Shown piece after piece: positions 9,079 to 28,066 of a stretch of DNA of 64,000 nt. Numbering within the stretch: position 1 is the first letter of the stretch; each line of letters opens with the position of its first letter. The translations under genes were made by a program, and so were the position numbers. Source of the stretch: Myxococcales bacterium (lineage in GTDB: Bacteria > Myxococcota > Myxococcia > Myxococcales > UBA5297); the NCBI GenBank assembly GCA_031552145.1, contig JAVBMV010000005.1:352947-416946 (forward strand), written 5' to 3'. The notes under the pieces were generated by a model. That model worked only from the letters and a program-made list of their open reading frames with translations. It had not been told where the DNA came from and searched no databases.

Positions 9079-9816
9079 TCATGCCAGCTGCATCAGGTCG
9101 GCCTGCGTGGTCCCCGCGGGCCATCCCAGGTGCGCCACTGTGGCGACCAGGTTTCCGAAGGTGCGGGCGAAGGCGGGCGCGGGGCTGGGCGAGAGGCGGG
9201 TCGTGAGCGTCGCCAGCTCCCAGTCGGAGCTATCACGCGCCCGCGCTGTCGCCTCGACGGAGCGCGTGTCGGCCCGAAGTCCTTCACGCAGCGCCTTGAG
9301 CCCGGTCTCTTTCAGCGACCAGAGCTCGGTGACGATCCGGTCGCGTGCTTCGGGTGGCGCCAGCGCTACCTGCCGTTGCTCCGCCTCGGTGAAGTAGGTC
9401 TCCGCGAAGGAGTCGGCGCGGGATTCGATCAACTCGAGATCGGCGCCGAGCGGCGCGTCGGGCTCGGGAGAGAGCGCGACCAGGGCGGTGCCAGCGCGGT
9501 GGCTGATCCGGATAGTGATGGGTAGCGGGCCGCTCCCTGCGAAGAGCGCGAAGGGAGCGCCGTCCTCCGCGTTGGCGATGGTGAGCGTTGGATCGGCGGG
9601 CACCGCGCGCCCCGGCGCCGTCCGCAGCAGATAGGCGCGCACCAGCCCCTTCATGGCGTACCTGCCCAGCAGCCAGTCGGCACGCCGCTTCGGCAGGCGG
9701 TAGCCCGCGAACTGCACTCGCTCGGGCGCCGAGAGGAAGTCGGGCGGTTTCCCGTTGTGAGAAAAGTGAGCGATTCCCTGTACCGCGTTCGAGTGAAGCA
9801 GGTTCCAGAAGAGCAT
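9079..9816 (-). CDS. Sfp-type 4'-phosphopantetheinyl transferase (245 aa)
   Basis: PPTase motifs GADLELIE (GxDxE) and WSLKETGLKAL (W..KE...K); size typical of Sfp/PfaE-like enzymes. Confidence 0.85.
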   Translation of the reverse strand: MLFWNLLHSNAVQGIAHFSHNGKPPDFLSAPERVQFAGYRLPKRRADWLLGRYAMKGLVRAYLLRTAPGRAVPADPTLTIANAEDGAPFALFAGSGPLPITIRISHRAGTALVALSPEPDAPLGADLELIESRADSFAETYFTEAEQRQVALAPPEARDRIVTELWSLKETGLKALREGLRADTRSVEATARARDSSDWELATLTTRLSPSPAPAFARTFGNLVATVAHLGWPAGTTQADLMQLA

Positions 9817-9884
9817 CGGGCCATTATCGCGAAAACCCTAGAGGACCGTTGTCTTTTTTAGGAAACCGGTCCAAAATCAGACCC

Positions 9885-10202
9885 ATGAACAGGTCAAGAC
9901 AGTCTCGGATGCTCCGGGTAACGGAAGACATCCTCCCTCTTGGGGAGCTCAAGACCCACATCTCCGAGAAGATCCGGGATGTCAGGGGGCACCAGCGCCC
10001 GCTCGTCATCACCCAGAATGGACGTCCCGCTGCCGTCCTGCTGGCTCCAGAGGCCTACGACCGCCTGACGAATTCAGCGCAGGTAGTCGCTGCCGTTCAA
10101 GAGGGTCTCGACGACGTGGCCAATGGGCATGTCGTCAGCCATGAAGAGTTGGGTCGCCTGCTCGACGCAAAGTATGGCCCAGCCACAGATGACGAGAGAT
10201 GA
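9885..10202 (+). CDS. Type II antitoxin, Phd/YefM family (105 aa; alternative start 9909)
   Basis: LPLGELKTHISEKIRDVRGHQRPLVITQNGRPAAVLLAPEAYDRL is a typical Phd/YefM N-domain. The stop overlaps the toxin ATG (ATGA at 10199-10202). Confidence 0.8.
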   Translation: MNRSRQSRMLRVTEDILPLGELKTHISEKIRDVRGHQRPLVITQNGRPAAVLLAPEAYDRLTNSAQVVAAVQEGLDDVANGHVVSHEELGRLLDAKYGPATDDER

Positions 10203-10498
10203 TTCGCTGGACGCGCCGCGCCATTGCGGACCTTGTCGCGATTGGCGACTACATTGCCAGGGACCGTCCAGCGACCGCTCGCAATTGGGTGGAGAGGTTG
10301 AGAGTTCGCGCGTGCGCCGCCGCTGAGGTTCCCTTCGCTGGCAGGATGGTGCCGGAGTTTGGGCGCGAAGAGATCAGGGAGGTGTTTTTGCGCTCCTACC
10401 GCATCATCTATCGCGCATCAGGGAAGGGCATAGTCGTGCTGACCGTCCTCGAGGGACATCGCCTATTGAGGGAGGCCGGCGAGGAGGAGGGTGAGTAG
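10199..10498 (+). CDS. Type II toxin, ParE/RelE superfamily (99 aa)
   Basis: MIRWTRRAIADLVAIGDYIARDRP...FLRSYRIIYRASGKGIVVLTVLEGHR matches the ParE/RelE plasmid-stabilisation fold pattern. 4-nt ATGA coupling to the antitoxin. Confidence 0.85.
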   Translation: MIRWTRRAIADLVAIGDYIARDRPATARNWVERLRVRACAAAEVPFAGRMVPEFGREEIREVFLRSYRIIYRASGKGIVVLTVLEGHRLLREAGEEEGE

Positions 10499-10584
10499 GA
10501 GAATTGCTGCTCATACGACGCTCACTCGACCGAGCATGTCTTCTCCCAGGTATTGAGTGAGCGTTTCCTGGACTTCACATATGC

Positions 10585-10622
10585 AAAAAAGAGAGGCCCG
10601 AACCTCGCGGTCCGGGCCTCTC
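10585..10622 (-). terminator. Rho-independent terminator of the megasynthase gene
   Basis: On the minus strand: GAGAGGCCCG-12 nt loop-CGGGCCTCTC followed directly by TTTTTT, about 28 nt after the TAA stop at 10651-10653. Confidence 0.8.
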
Positions 10623-10650
10623 TCATATCAGGCGCTCAGGCCGTGCGTGC

Positions 10651-19371
<8,721 letters not shown>

Positions 19372-19483
19372 TTCAAGTCCTCACTGTTGCTGCGGAGAGT
19401 GGTGGCCCATTTTTCGAGGGCCTGAATAGTCGGGAGGTAGGGAGCCGGCAGCCCACTGGTACCGTCGGCGCCCCAACTGTCGT

Positions 19484-19508
19484 CTGCCGTGCGCTTGACG
19501 CACGGCAG
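19484..19508 (-). other. GC-rich hairpin (10-bp stem, 5-nt loop) between the acyl-CoA dehydrogenase and megasynthase genes
   Basis: CTGCCGTGCG-CTTGA-CGCACGGCAG is a perfect inverted repeat, 28 nt after the dehydrogenase stop. No U-tract follows on the minus strand, so it is a terminator, attenuator or RNA-stability element of uncertain kind. Confidence 0.35.
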
Positions 19509-19535
19509 ACGCTGCTTTCGATGCCGTTACCTGCC

Positions 19536-21191
19536 CTAGGCGGTAGCGCGCGCCTCTTTCGGCTCGAGCGCCACGATGGCCTTCGCCACCGCGTCCATAT
19601 CGACGATCTGGCCGCGCTGGGCATCGTGAATCTCCGGCAGGAGCAGGGCGCGGGCGAGCGCCGAGCGATCCTCGGGGATGTCGCAGCCGAGCAGCAGGTC
19701 GAGCGCGTCGTGCGAGAGGGTAGCGGCCATGTCGCGCGCGTAGATACGCGCCATCGCCTGGAGTACCTCGGGCGCGGGGCGCGGGCTGCGGCCGAAGCCG
19801 TCGGCGGCTCGACAGAGCGCGAGCGCCGTCTCGGCGCGCATCACCAGATCGCCCAGGCGGAAGAGCACATGCTGGTGGCGGGTGAGCCGATGCTGACGGC
19901 AGCGCTCGAAGAGCTCGCGCACCGAACGGATGGCGAGGCAGGCCACGTCGGCGCCGATGCCGGGGTGCTTGGCGTGGAGGTTCGCCGCCTCCTGCGCGAG
20001 CGTGTTGAAGAAGGCGCCCTGCGACTGCAGGTGCTGGCGCCACCGGTCGCGCGCGATGGTCCACTCGTTGATCTCGCTGGTGCCCTCGTAGATGGTGGTG
20101 ATGCGGGCGTCGCGCTTGATCTTCTCGACCTCGTACTCGCGGGTGTAGCCGTAGCCGCCGTGCGCCTGAATGGCGGCGTCGGCCGCGGCGTTGCCATACT
20201 CGGTGGCGGAGAGCTTGGCGATGGCGCCCTCGGTCTGCAGATCCTGTTCGCCCGCGTCGAGCCGGTGGGCCACGTAGTCGATGTAGGCCCGGGCCGCCTC
20301 GAGGCGTACCGCGTGGGGCACGAGCAGCTTGTGCGTGAAGGCCTGCTTCTCGGCGAGGAGGCTGCCGCCCTGGACGCGCTCGCGCGAATACTCGATCGCC
20401 AGCTTGTGGGCCGCCTCGCCCGTGCCGAGGCCGAAGGCCGCGACCATGAGGCGCGTATAGCCGAAGACCGACTGGGCCTGGGCGAGCCCCCTGCCCTCGA
20501 CGCCACCCACCAGGTTCTCCTCGGGCACCTCGACGTTCTCGAGGGTGAGGGCGCAGGTGTTGCTGATCCTGATGCCGTGCTTGTCCTCGGGCTTATCGGC
20601 GCTGAAGCCCGGCGTGCCCTTCTCCACCACGAAGAAGCTGGGGCCGGCGTCGGTCGCGGCCAGAATCGTGGTCAGGTCGGCGACGCCGCCGTTGGTGATG
20701 AACTGCTTGGAGCCGTTGATCCGGTACCAGGTCTTGCCATCCTTCTCGAACTTGACCGCTCGCGACTTGAGCATGCCCAGATCGCTGCCGACGGTGGGCT
20801 CGGTGACGCCGTAGGCGACGAGCAGCCCGTCGGAGGCGACGCGGCTCATCCAGCGCTCCTTCTGCTCGGGCGTGCCGCCGACCAAGATGGGGTCGGAGCC
20901 GAGCGAGATGGCGAAGAAGGCGGTGGCGAGGCCCAGGTCGATGGCCGACATCGTCTCGCAGACCCGGTAGATGTCGTAGGCGCTTCCACCCAGGCCGCCG
21001 CAGTTCTCGGGGATGAAGATCAGGTGAAGGCCGATGTCGTTCATCAGCTCCTTGATCACCTCGCGCGGAAACTCGCCATGGTGGCCATCCTGCTCGAGGC
21101 GCCACTTCTTGGGAACGGCGCGATCGGCGAACTGCCAGAGGCTCTTGAGCATCGAGTCCAAGGATTCTGCGTCGATACCGGGTGTCGTCAT
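19536..21191 (-). CDS. Acyl-CoA dehydrogenase family protein with ~150-aa C-terminal extension (551 aa)
   Basis: From MTTPGIDAESLD... the protein has ACAD hallmarks (AYGVTEPTVGSDL, GSKQFITNGG, YEGTSEINEWTIAR). ATG at 21191. The track ORF is extended to 21524 through an Arg/Pro-rich, non-protein-like stretch. Confidence 0.9.
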   Translation of the reverse strand: MTTPGIDAESLDSMLKSLWQFADRAVPKKWRLEQDGHHGEFPREVIKELMNDIGLHLIFIPENCGGLGGSAYDIYRVCETMSAIDLGLATAFFAISLGSDPILVGGTPEQKERWMSRVASDGLLVAYGVTEPTVGSDLGMLKSRAVKFEKDGKTWYRINGSKQFITNGGVADLTTILAATDAGPSFFVVEKGTPGFSADKPEDKHGIRISNTCALTLENVEVPEENLVGGVEGRGLAQAQSVFGYTRLMVAAFGLGTGEAAHKLAIEYSRERVQGGSLLAEKQAFTHKLLVPHAVRLEAARAYIDYVAHRLDAGEQDLQTEGAIAKLSATEYGNAAADAAIQAHGGYGYTREYEVEKIKRDARITTIYEGTSEINEWTIARDRWRQHLQSQGAFFNTLAQEAANLHAKHPGIGADVACLAIRSVRELFERCRQHRLTRHQHVLFRLGDLVMRAETALALCRAADGFGRSPRPAPEVLQAMARIYARDMAATLSHDALDLLLGCDIPEDRSALARALLLPEIHDAQRGQIVDMDAVAKAIVALEPKEARATA

Positions 21192-21507
21192 TACATCCTC
21201 GTCTGTTTGTGAAAACTGCAATAAGTTCAAATGTTTGGCGGCGTTCTTAGCAGAAAGGCCGCGCCCGTGGAAAGCGCCGCTGAAGGTGCGTAGAGCAGAA
21301 CGCAGTTGTCGCCTCGGCCTGTGTCGCACGCTTCCCACCCGCGCCCTCGAACCGGAAGGTTCAGGGGCCCTAAAGTGGCGAAAATCGGTACGAATTCGGC
21401 AAGCGCGGCAAGGGTGCGAGGCCCTCGATACCCGCAGAGTCGGTGGTTTTACTGCAGGATGCGGGCCAGTTTCGATGGTTCGGCGTCTCGCTCGCTGTCC
21501 GATCGAC

Positions 21508-22932
<1,425 letters not shown>

Positions 22933-23035
22933 CCTGGAGCTCCTGTTCCAGCGCTGGACGGCGACGCCCCCGCCTGTTCCGTCCCGGTGCGCGCCGCTCT
23001 TCGCGCGGCCGGTCGCTTCGCTCTCCACGCACTGC

Positions 23036-23050
23036 TGGCCCGTCCCTTGC
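23036..23050 (+). promoter_or_regulatory. Sigma-54 promoter (-24/-12) for the Tad-like operon
   Basis: TGGCCCGTCCCTTGC versus consensus TGGCACG-N4-TTGC: one mismatch in the -24 box, exact spacing, exact TTGC. It sits in the 131-nt gap between the divergent EBP gene and the first TadE-like gene. CCTGTTCC occurs twice upstream (22941-22948, 22972-22979). Confidence 0.65.
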
Positions 23051-23063
23051 GTTGGGCCCGCGC

Positions 23064-23747
23064 ATGGGTCGAACGATCAGAGCGGACGTTGCGGGGGTGG
23101 GAGCCCTTCTCGACGAAGAGCGAGGCAGCGCGCTCGTCGAGGCCGCGCTCGTGCTGCCGCTCATGGTGCTGATGCTCCTCGGGCTCCTCCAGCTCACCCT
23201 CCTCCATCAGGCGCGTATCTCTACCGAGTATGCCGCCTATTGCGCGGCGCGCACCGGCATCGTCTGGAATGGCGATCTGGCGCGGATGCGTCGGGCGGCG
23301 CGCTTCGCCCTACTCCCGACGATGCCGCGCGGCGCGGCCGAGCCGGAGGCGGGCAGGCCGCTCGCGGTCGACTCGCCCGCGGCGCTCGCCGCCGCGCAGG
23401 CCGCTCTCTCGGCCGCCGAGGAGGGCTCCGCGCTCGCCTCCGATGCGGCTCGCAGGGTGCGCGTGGAGGTGCTCTCTCCCTCGCGCGATGAGCTGGAGAA
23501 GCTCCACGGCGGCTCGCTGCCGGAAGAGGCCCCCTTCGATGGTGTGGGCGAGACGCCGGAGGAGCGGAGCGCGGGAGAGCTCACCGTGCGCGTCACCTAC
23601 CTCTACGAGCTGCGCGTGCCCGCGGTGAGCCAGCTCTTCGCGCTTGGCAGAGGTGGCGAGAAGCTCGGCGACCGCTACTACCAGAAGCTCGAGAGCACCC
23701 GGAGCATGCGCCTCCAGTCCGATCTCTTCACGAGGAACCTGCCATGA
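23064..23747 (+). CDS. TadE-like pseudopilin family protein (227 aa from ATG 23064; start uncertain)
   Basis: ERGSALVEAALVLPLMVLMLLGLLQL is the TadE N-terminal motif. The track start (TTG 23052) lies inside or adjacent to the promoter. ATG 23064 would be nearly leaderless; GTG 23097 is an alternative. Confidence 0.7.
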   Translation: MGRTIRADVAGVGALLDEERGSALVEAALVLPLMVLMLLGLLQLTLLHQARISTEYAAYCAARTGIVWNGDLARMRRAARFALLPTMPRGAAEPEAGRPLAVDSPAALAAAQAALSAAEEGSALASDAARRVRVEVLSPSRDELEKLHGGSLPEEAPFDGVGETPEERSAGELTVRVTYLYELRVPAVSQLFALGRGGEKLGDRYYQKLESTRSMRLQSDLFTRNLP

Positions 23748-25321
23748 AGCTCGGCGCGCGGATAAAAGGAGAGGGTGGTCAGGCGTTGGTGCTCGGTGCG
23801 CTCTTCATGCTCGCCGTCGCGCTCTGTGTCTTGACGACGGCGCACCTGGGGCTGGCCCATCACCGGAGAATGGAGCTGCAGGACGAGGTGGACGCCAGCG
23901 CCTACTCCACCGCCGTGCTCGCCTCCCGGTCGCTCAACGCCATCGCCTGGATGAACCGGGCGATGATCTCGCAATATGTCTCGGCGATGGCGGCGCAGTC
24001 GCTGGTCAGCACTCTCGATGGCGCCCAGGCGCTGGTGGGCCTCACCGCCGACGTTCTCCAGAACGCCGCGCATGCCCTCTGCGTCGGAGGGAGGATCAGC
24101 GAGGTGGTCGGGGCTATCCCCTTCCTCGAGTTCCTCGCGGCGATGGGGATGCAGGCGGAGCACTTTGCCTACTACGTCAACTACGCGGCCTGGATGGCGC
24201 GCGAGGCGAGCCAGGGAATGCGCGGGATCTCCGATTACCTCGATCGGCCCGCCGCCAAGTTCGTCGAGGCCGTCGGAGAGGCGAATGGCGCGCTCTTTGC
24301 GCTCCAGCGCTCGGTGCGCGACGCCACCGCAACGGCCCTCGCGGGCGGCGCCGTAGAGCGGCTCCTCGGCCACGCGGAGCGGGAGCGCGGCGGCGCCGCG
24401 GGCCTTGGACTCGCTGCCCTCAACAGCGCCGCCTATCTCGCGCTCTTCGGTCAGCGCTCCGAGGAGCTCGACGGCAAGAGCGCGAAGCGCAACGACGACG
24501 CGAGCCTGATGGCCGAGCTGGCCAACGCCTCGCGCACTCCCTTCGAAAGCCTCCGCCACTTCGCCAATCTGCCGTCGCTGGGCGAGGGTGAACTCGCGCG
24601 CGACATCCTCTCCTTTGGCCTCACCGGGACGACGCGCCTGGTGGAGCCGATGCCGAAGGAGGTCTTCACCAACGTCGTTCCAGGCAGGATCATCCCCGGG
24701 ACAGCCGTCGCGCTCGAGGGCAACTACGCCTTCATGAACTACACCAAGCTGACTCAGTGGACGCTTGGCAGAGCACTCGTCTCGGCCGAGTATGTCTCGG
24801 CGGTGATGGCCACGGCGGGCGATCGGCAGATCGTCGGGATCCAGGCCTCGGCGAAGGCTGGGGATCGGTACCACTGCCGATATGACGGGCGCAGCTGGGA
24901 CCATTCCTTCGCCTCTTGGATCTCGGGGTGCTACGACAGCGTCACCACGCGCCCCGTCAAGTGCACCTCGGAGCCGATGCACTCTTTCGACGGGATCGCG
25001 CCCTACCTCTCCTTCGCGCTGCGAGAGGAGCCGGGCGACTCCTTCGGCCAGCCAGAGTTCTTCGCGCTGGCGAAAGAAGAGAGAGCGCGCGCGCTGCTGC
25101 CGCCCAAGGCCACCGACGCGAAAGGCGGGAAGGGCGCCATGGCCCAACGAGAGGCGCTGGCGGTCGCGAGGAGCGCGGCCATTTACCACAGGCCCGGCGC
25201 CTGGCTCGAGCCGCCCAACCTCTTCAACCCCTTCTGGCGCGCCAAGCTCGCTCCCCTCGAGCCCGCGCTCTCCCGTCTGCCGGAGTCGCTGCGCGCGCCG
25301 GTAGAGGCGAGCGTAAAATGA
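23744..25321 (+). CDS. TadG-like (Flp pilus-assembly TadG N-terminal domain) protein, 525 aa
   Basis: GGQALVLGALFMLAVALCVLTTAHLGLAHHRRMELQDEVDASAYSTAV matches the Tad_N/TadG pattern (hydrophobic helix, then ..LQ...DAaA...A). ATGA overlap with the preceding gene. Confidence 0.7.
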   Translation: MKLGARIKGEGGQALVLGALFMLAVALCVLTTAHLGLAHHRRMELQDEVDASAYSTAVLASRSLNAIAWMNRAMISQYVSAMAAQSLVSTLDGAQALVGLTADVLQNAAHALCVGGRISEVVGAIPFLEFLAAMGMQAEHFAYYVNYAAWMAREASQGMRGISDYLDRPAAKFVEAVGEANGALFALQRSVRDATATALAGGAVERLLGHAERERGGAAGLGLAALNSAAYLALFGQRSEELDGKSAKRNDDASLMAELANASRTPFESLRHFANLPSLGEGELARDILSFGLTGTTRLVEPMPKEVFTNVVPGRIIPGTAVALEGNYAFMNYTKLTQWTLGRALVSAEYVSAVMATAGDRQIVGIQASAKAGDRYHCRYDGRSWDHSFASWISGCYDSVTTRPVKCTSEPMHSFDGIAPYLSFALREEPGDSFGQPEFFALAKEERARALLPPKATDAKGGKGAMAQREALAVARSAAIYHRPGAWLEPPNLFNPFWRAKLAPLEPALSRLPESLRAPVEASVK

Positions 25322-26316
25322 GGATCACGCGCACGATCATTCTTGGAGAAGAGGAGGGAAGCGCCACGGTGGAGCTCTCGCTGCTGTTGGCGCTCTTCCT
25401 CCTCCTGATTCTCTTCTCCAGCCTCTTCGCCGATCTATCCATCGCGCGCTCCCGCGCTCTGGAGGGCGCGCGCCACCTCGCCTGGGAGTTCACGGCGCCC
25501 GCCCACACCAACTATTTGACTGGCGACACGGACTCCGCCTCCGGACGCCTGCGCGCGCTTCTCCCACAGGAGCTGGCGCGCCGCTGGGGCGATGACCTCG
25601 ACGGCGCCACCATCGCAAGCGAGGAGCAGGCCAGTCGGGGCGCCGATGGGCGCTCCGTGCGCGGCTTGGCCTCTATCTTCCAATTACAGGAGGGGGCGCT
25701 GTCGCTCTCCGATTCCTCGTCGCTGGCCCTCGCGCCCATCGAGGAACTCGCCGAGTATGCTGGCTTCAACTCAAAGGGGCTCATCGCGGTCGAGTTGCCG
25801 CTCCACTCGCGCGCCGCCGATGTGATGCTGCCCTGGCCCCTCGGGGCGCTCGACACTCTGATGGTCGATGGGGGCGCCACGGCGCGCCAGCGCGCGAGCC
25901 TGCTGGTCGATGCGTGGAATCTCCCCGACGGCTCCGACGTGGACGACGCCCACGAATCGGGATGCCGCGGCGCCTATTGCGCGCAGGTGGGGCGTCTCGC
26001 GCTCTTGGGAGTGGGCGGATTCGAGCTGAGCCGAGAGTCCGCCGAGCTGCTCTCCGCCGTAGGTCTCCACTCACCGCTCAGCCCGGTCGTGCGCTCGCTG
26101 GCGCTGCGCCGTCCCGATGACGACGGGACGGTCCGCTTCGAAGAGGAGAACATTGGGCGCCTTCGCCCCATGCATAGGCACTACACCAACGTCTTCAAGG
26201 AGAGCTTCTCCTCCAAGCAGAGCCTCTACAGGCGCGCCGCGGCGGCGCGCGGCGGCAATTACCTGGGCTGCCCCGAGTCGCAGCGCATGGAGGGAGAGTG
26301 CCGATGGAGAGAATAG
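25318..26316 (+). CDS. Second TadE-like family protein (332 aa)
   Basis: MRITRTIILGEEEGSATVELSLLLALFLLLILF carries a TadE-type N-terminus. The ATG at 25318 overlaps the TadG-like stop (ATGA). The track ORF begins far upstream (24916) in the same frame. Confidence 0.65.
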   Translation: MRITRTIILGEEEGSATVELSLLLALFLLLILFSSLFADLSIARSRALEGARHLAWEFTAPAHTNYLTGDTDSASGRLRALLPQELARRWGDDLDGATIASEEQASRGADGRSVRGLASIFQLQEGALSLSDSSSLALAPIEELAEYAGFNSKGLIAVELPLHSRAADVMLPWPLGALDTLMVDGGATARQRASLLVDAWNLPDGSDVDDAHESGCRGAYCAQVGRLALLGVGGFELSRESAELLSAVGLHSPLSPVVRSLALRRPDDDGTVRFEEENIGRLRPMHRHYTNVFKESFSSKQSLYRRAAAARGGNYLGCPESQRMEGECRWRE

Positions 26317-26918
26317 GAGACAGAGCTCCTCCGCGCCCCGCGTTGGGTCGGATGAAGCTGGCGATGGCAATGGTACTGGTGTCGTTCGTCTCTTTCTTCG
26401 GCGCTCCGCTCCTGGCGGGAGAGCCAAAGGCGAACGAGCCTGGGCCGGAGGCGGAGCCAGCGAAGATTGAGTTGGAGTTGGAGGCGCGCGCCTCGCTCGA
26501 ACCGCGCGCGCCGCCCTCTCCGATGGCGCTGCTCCCCGCCCCGCCGGGCGCGACTGTCAGCTCCCTCGGCATTCAGCGCCCCTTCGGCGTACCCATGGCG
26601 CTCCACTACGCCAGGAGCGAACTCCCGGCGCAGGAGGTGCGCTCCTTCTATGTCACCGCGATGGATCGGCTCGGGCTCCACGCGACCGTCACGGGTGACG
26701 GCAGAGGTGCGCTCTTCGTCTCGGCGCTCCTCCCTGGCGGCACCTATATGGTTGGTGTTGCAATCTTTCCGACCGAGCGAGGATGCGACCTCTTCCCCTC
26801 GACTCTCTCGATCGATGAGCTCGTGAAGGGGCCTTTGGCGCGGGGCGAAGAGGAGCGCGCGCTGGAGCGAGGCGAGCAGCTCCTGAGGCGGCTCACGCTC
26901 GTGGGGCCGGCGCGATGA
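26304..26918 (+). CDS. Hypothetical secreted/membrane-anchored protein (204 aa)
   Basis: The ATG at 26304 has GGAGGGA 8 nt upstream. There is a basic N-region, then a hydrophobic segment MKLAMAMVLVSFVSFFGAPLLA. No domain recognised. Confidence 0.55.
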   Translation: MERIGDRAPPRPALGRMKLAMAMVLVSFVSFFGAPLLAGEPKANEPGPEAEPAKIELELEARASLEPRAPPSPMALLPAPPGATVSSLGIQRPFGVPMALHYARSELPAQEVRSFYVTAMDRLGLHATVTGDGRGALFVSALLPGGTYMVGVAIFPTERGCDLFPSTLSIDELVKGPLARGEEERALERGEQLLRRLTLVGPAR

Positions 26919-27100
26919 GCCCGCCCGCCCTATGCGGCGAGGCCGGTCAGGCGGCCGCCGAATCCGCGCTGCTCCTCGCGCTCATCTGTGGCGTCGGCGC
27001 CGCCTCGCTCCACCACCTCGCGCCACTGCTGCTCGCCGCGTGGGAGAGATACCTCGGCGGATATGACCTGCTGCTCAGTCTCCCCATTCCCTGGATCTGA
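26915..27100 (+). CDS. Candidate Flp-family pilin (61 aa)
   Basis: GEAG|QAAAESALLLALICGVGAA resembles the Flp prepilin motif G|xxxxEY followed by a hydrophobic helix, with S in place of Y. ATGA overlap with the preceding gene; the size fits Flp pilins. Confidence 0.4.
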   Translation: MSPPALCGEAGQAAAESALLLALICGVGAASLHHLAPLLLAAWERYLGGYDLLLSLPIPWI

Positions 27101-27105
27101 TCCCA

Positions 27106-27723
27106 ATGAACATCTCGCTCCTCCCGCTCCTGCTCCTCCTCTCCTCGGCCTCGACCTCGTCGCCAGAGGGAGCGCTGCCCTTCGTCGAATACCTGTCGAG
27201 CCAGGGCGAGGGGAGGGAGGAGCTCTATCTGCGGCTCACCCTCGTCGAGGAGGAGTGGGAGGGAAGAATGGTGCGATTCATCGAGCTCTGGCACGATCGG
27301 GAGGGGAAGAGGGCCTCGAGGCTCTCGCTCGAAGAGCCCCGGCTGGCCTTCATCAAGCTGGGCAGCGCCATCTTCCGGATGGAGGGGGAGGAGCTCGCCC
27401 AGAGCTCCGACGGGCTCGCGGCGCTGGAGCGGATGAAGGGCGCCGGGCGGTGCTCGGGCGGCGCGGGGCGCGGGAGTGGGCGCCGCTGGATCGAGACGAA
27501 GGCGGGGCGCTTTCGCGCCTCCAAGGTGGTGCTGGGGAAGGGGCGCGACCGCATCGAGGGCTGGTTCAGCGCCGACGTCCCCTTGATGGGGCTCGTCCTA
27601 TCGAAGGATGGGCGCGGCAGGAGGCTGGAACTCCTGGGTTACGGTTCGCGCGGGGGGTGCAGCGCCTTCCCAAAGGGGTTCGAAGCGCCCCCTCTGCCCG
27701 GTTCCAAGCGAGGCCGAGCTTGA
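27106..27723 (+). CDS. Hypothetical secreted protein (205 aa)
   Basis: Signal-like MNISLLPLLLLLSSASTSS. It starts 5 nt after the Flp-like stop. No domain recognised. Confidence 0.55.
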   Translation: MNISLLPLLLLLSSASTSSPEGALPFVEYLSSQGEGREELYLRLTLVEEEWEGRMVRFIELWHDREGKRASRLSLEEPRLAFIKLGSAIFRMEGEELAQSSDGLAALERMKGAGRCSGGAGRGSGRRWIETKAGRFRASKVVLGKGRDRIEGWFSADVPLMGLVLSKDGRGRRLELLGYGSRGGCSAFPKGFEAPPLPGSKRGRA

Positions 27724-27792
27724 CAGGAGGGGCCCTCTCGTCCATAAACCACCAACTTTTTTCCGCATTTTCCGTCTGGAGGCAGCACCGAC

Positions 27793-28050
27793 ATGGCAGT
27801 CAAGATCAGACTCTCCCGCGCGGGCGCCAAGAAGCGCCCTTACTACCATGTGGTAGCTACGCATGGCACCTCTCCTCGCGATGGCAAGTTCATCGAGGCC
27901 GTCGGCGCCTACGATCCCACCCAGGTCCCTCACAGGGTGGAGTTCGACGAGGCGCGCCTCGATCACTGGCTCAAGTCGGGGGCAATCCCCACGGACACCG
28001 TCGCGCAGCTGATCAAGCAGTATCGCCGCGCCAAGCCCGCGCAAGTCTAG
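27793..28050 (+). CDS. rpsP: 30S ribosomal protein S16
   Basis: MAVKIRLSRAGAKKRPYYHVVATHGTSPRDGKFIEAVGAYDP is the canonical bS16 N-terminus. GGAGG RBS upstream. Confidence 0.95.
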   Translation: MAVKIRLSRAGAKKRPYYHVVATHGTSPRDGKFIEAVGAYDPTQVPHRVEFDEARLDHWLKSGAIPTDTVAQLIKQYRRAKPAQV

Positions 28051-28066
28051 AGGGCGGTCCGAGCGC

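Noticed and set aside
23064-27723. A complete Tad/Flp pilus secretion locus
   Set aside because: Only pilin and pseudopilin-type genes and unknown genes are present. The ATPase, inner-membrane platform, secretin and prepilin peptidase are all absent from the window.
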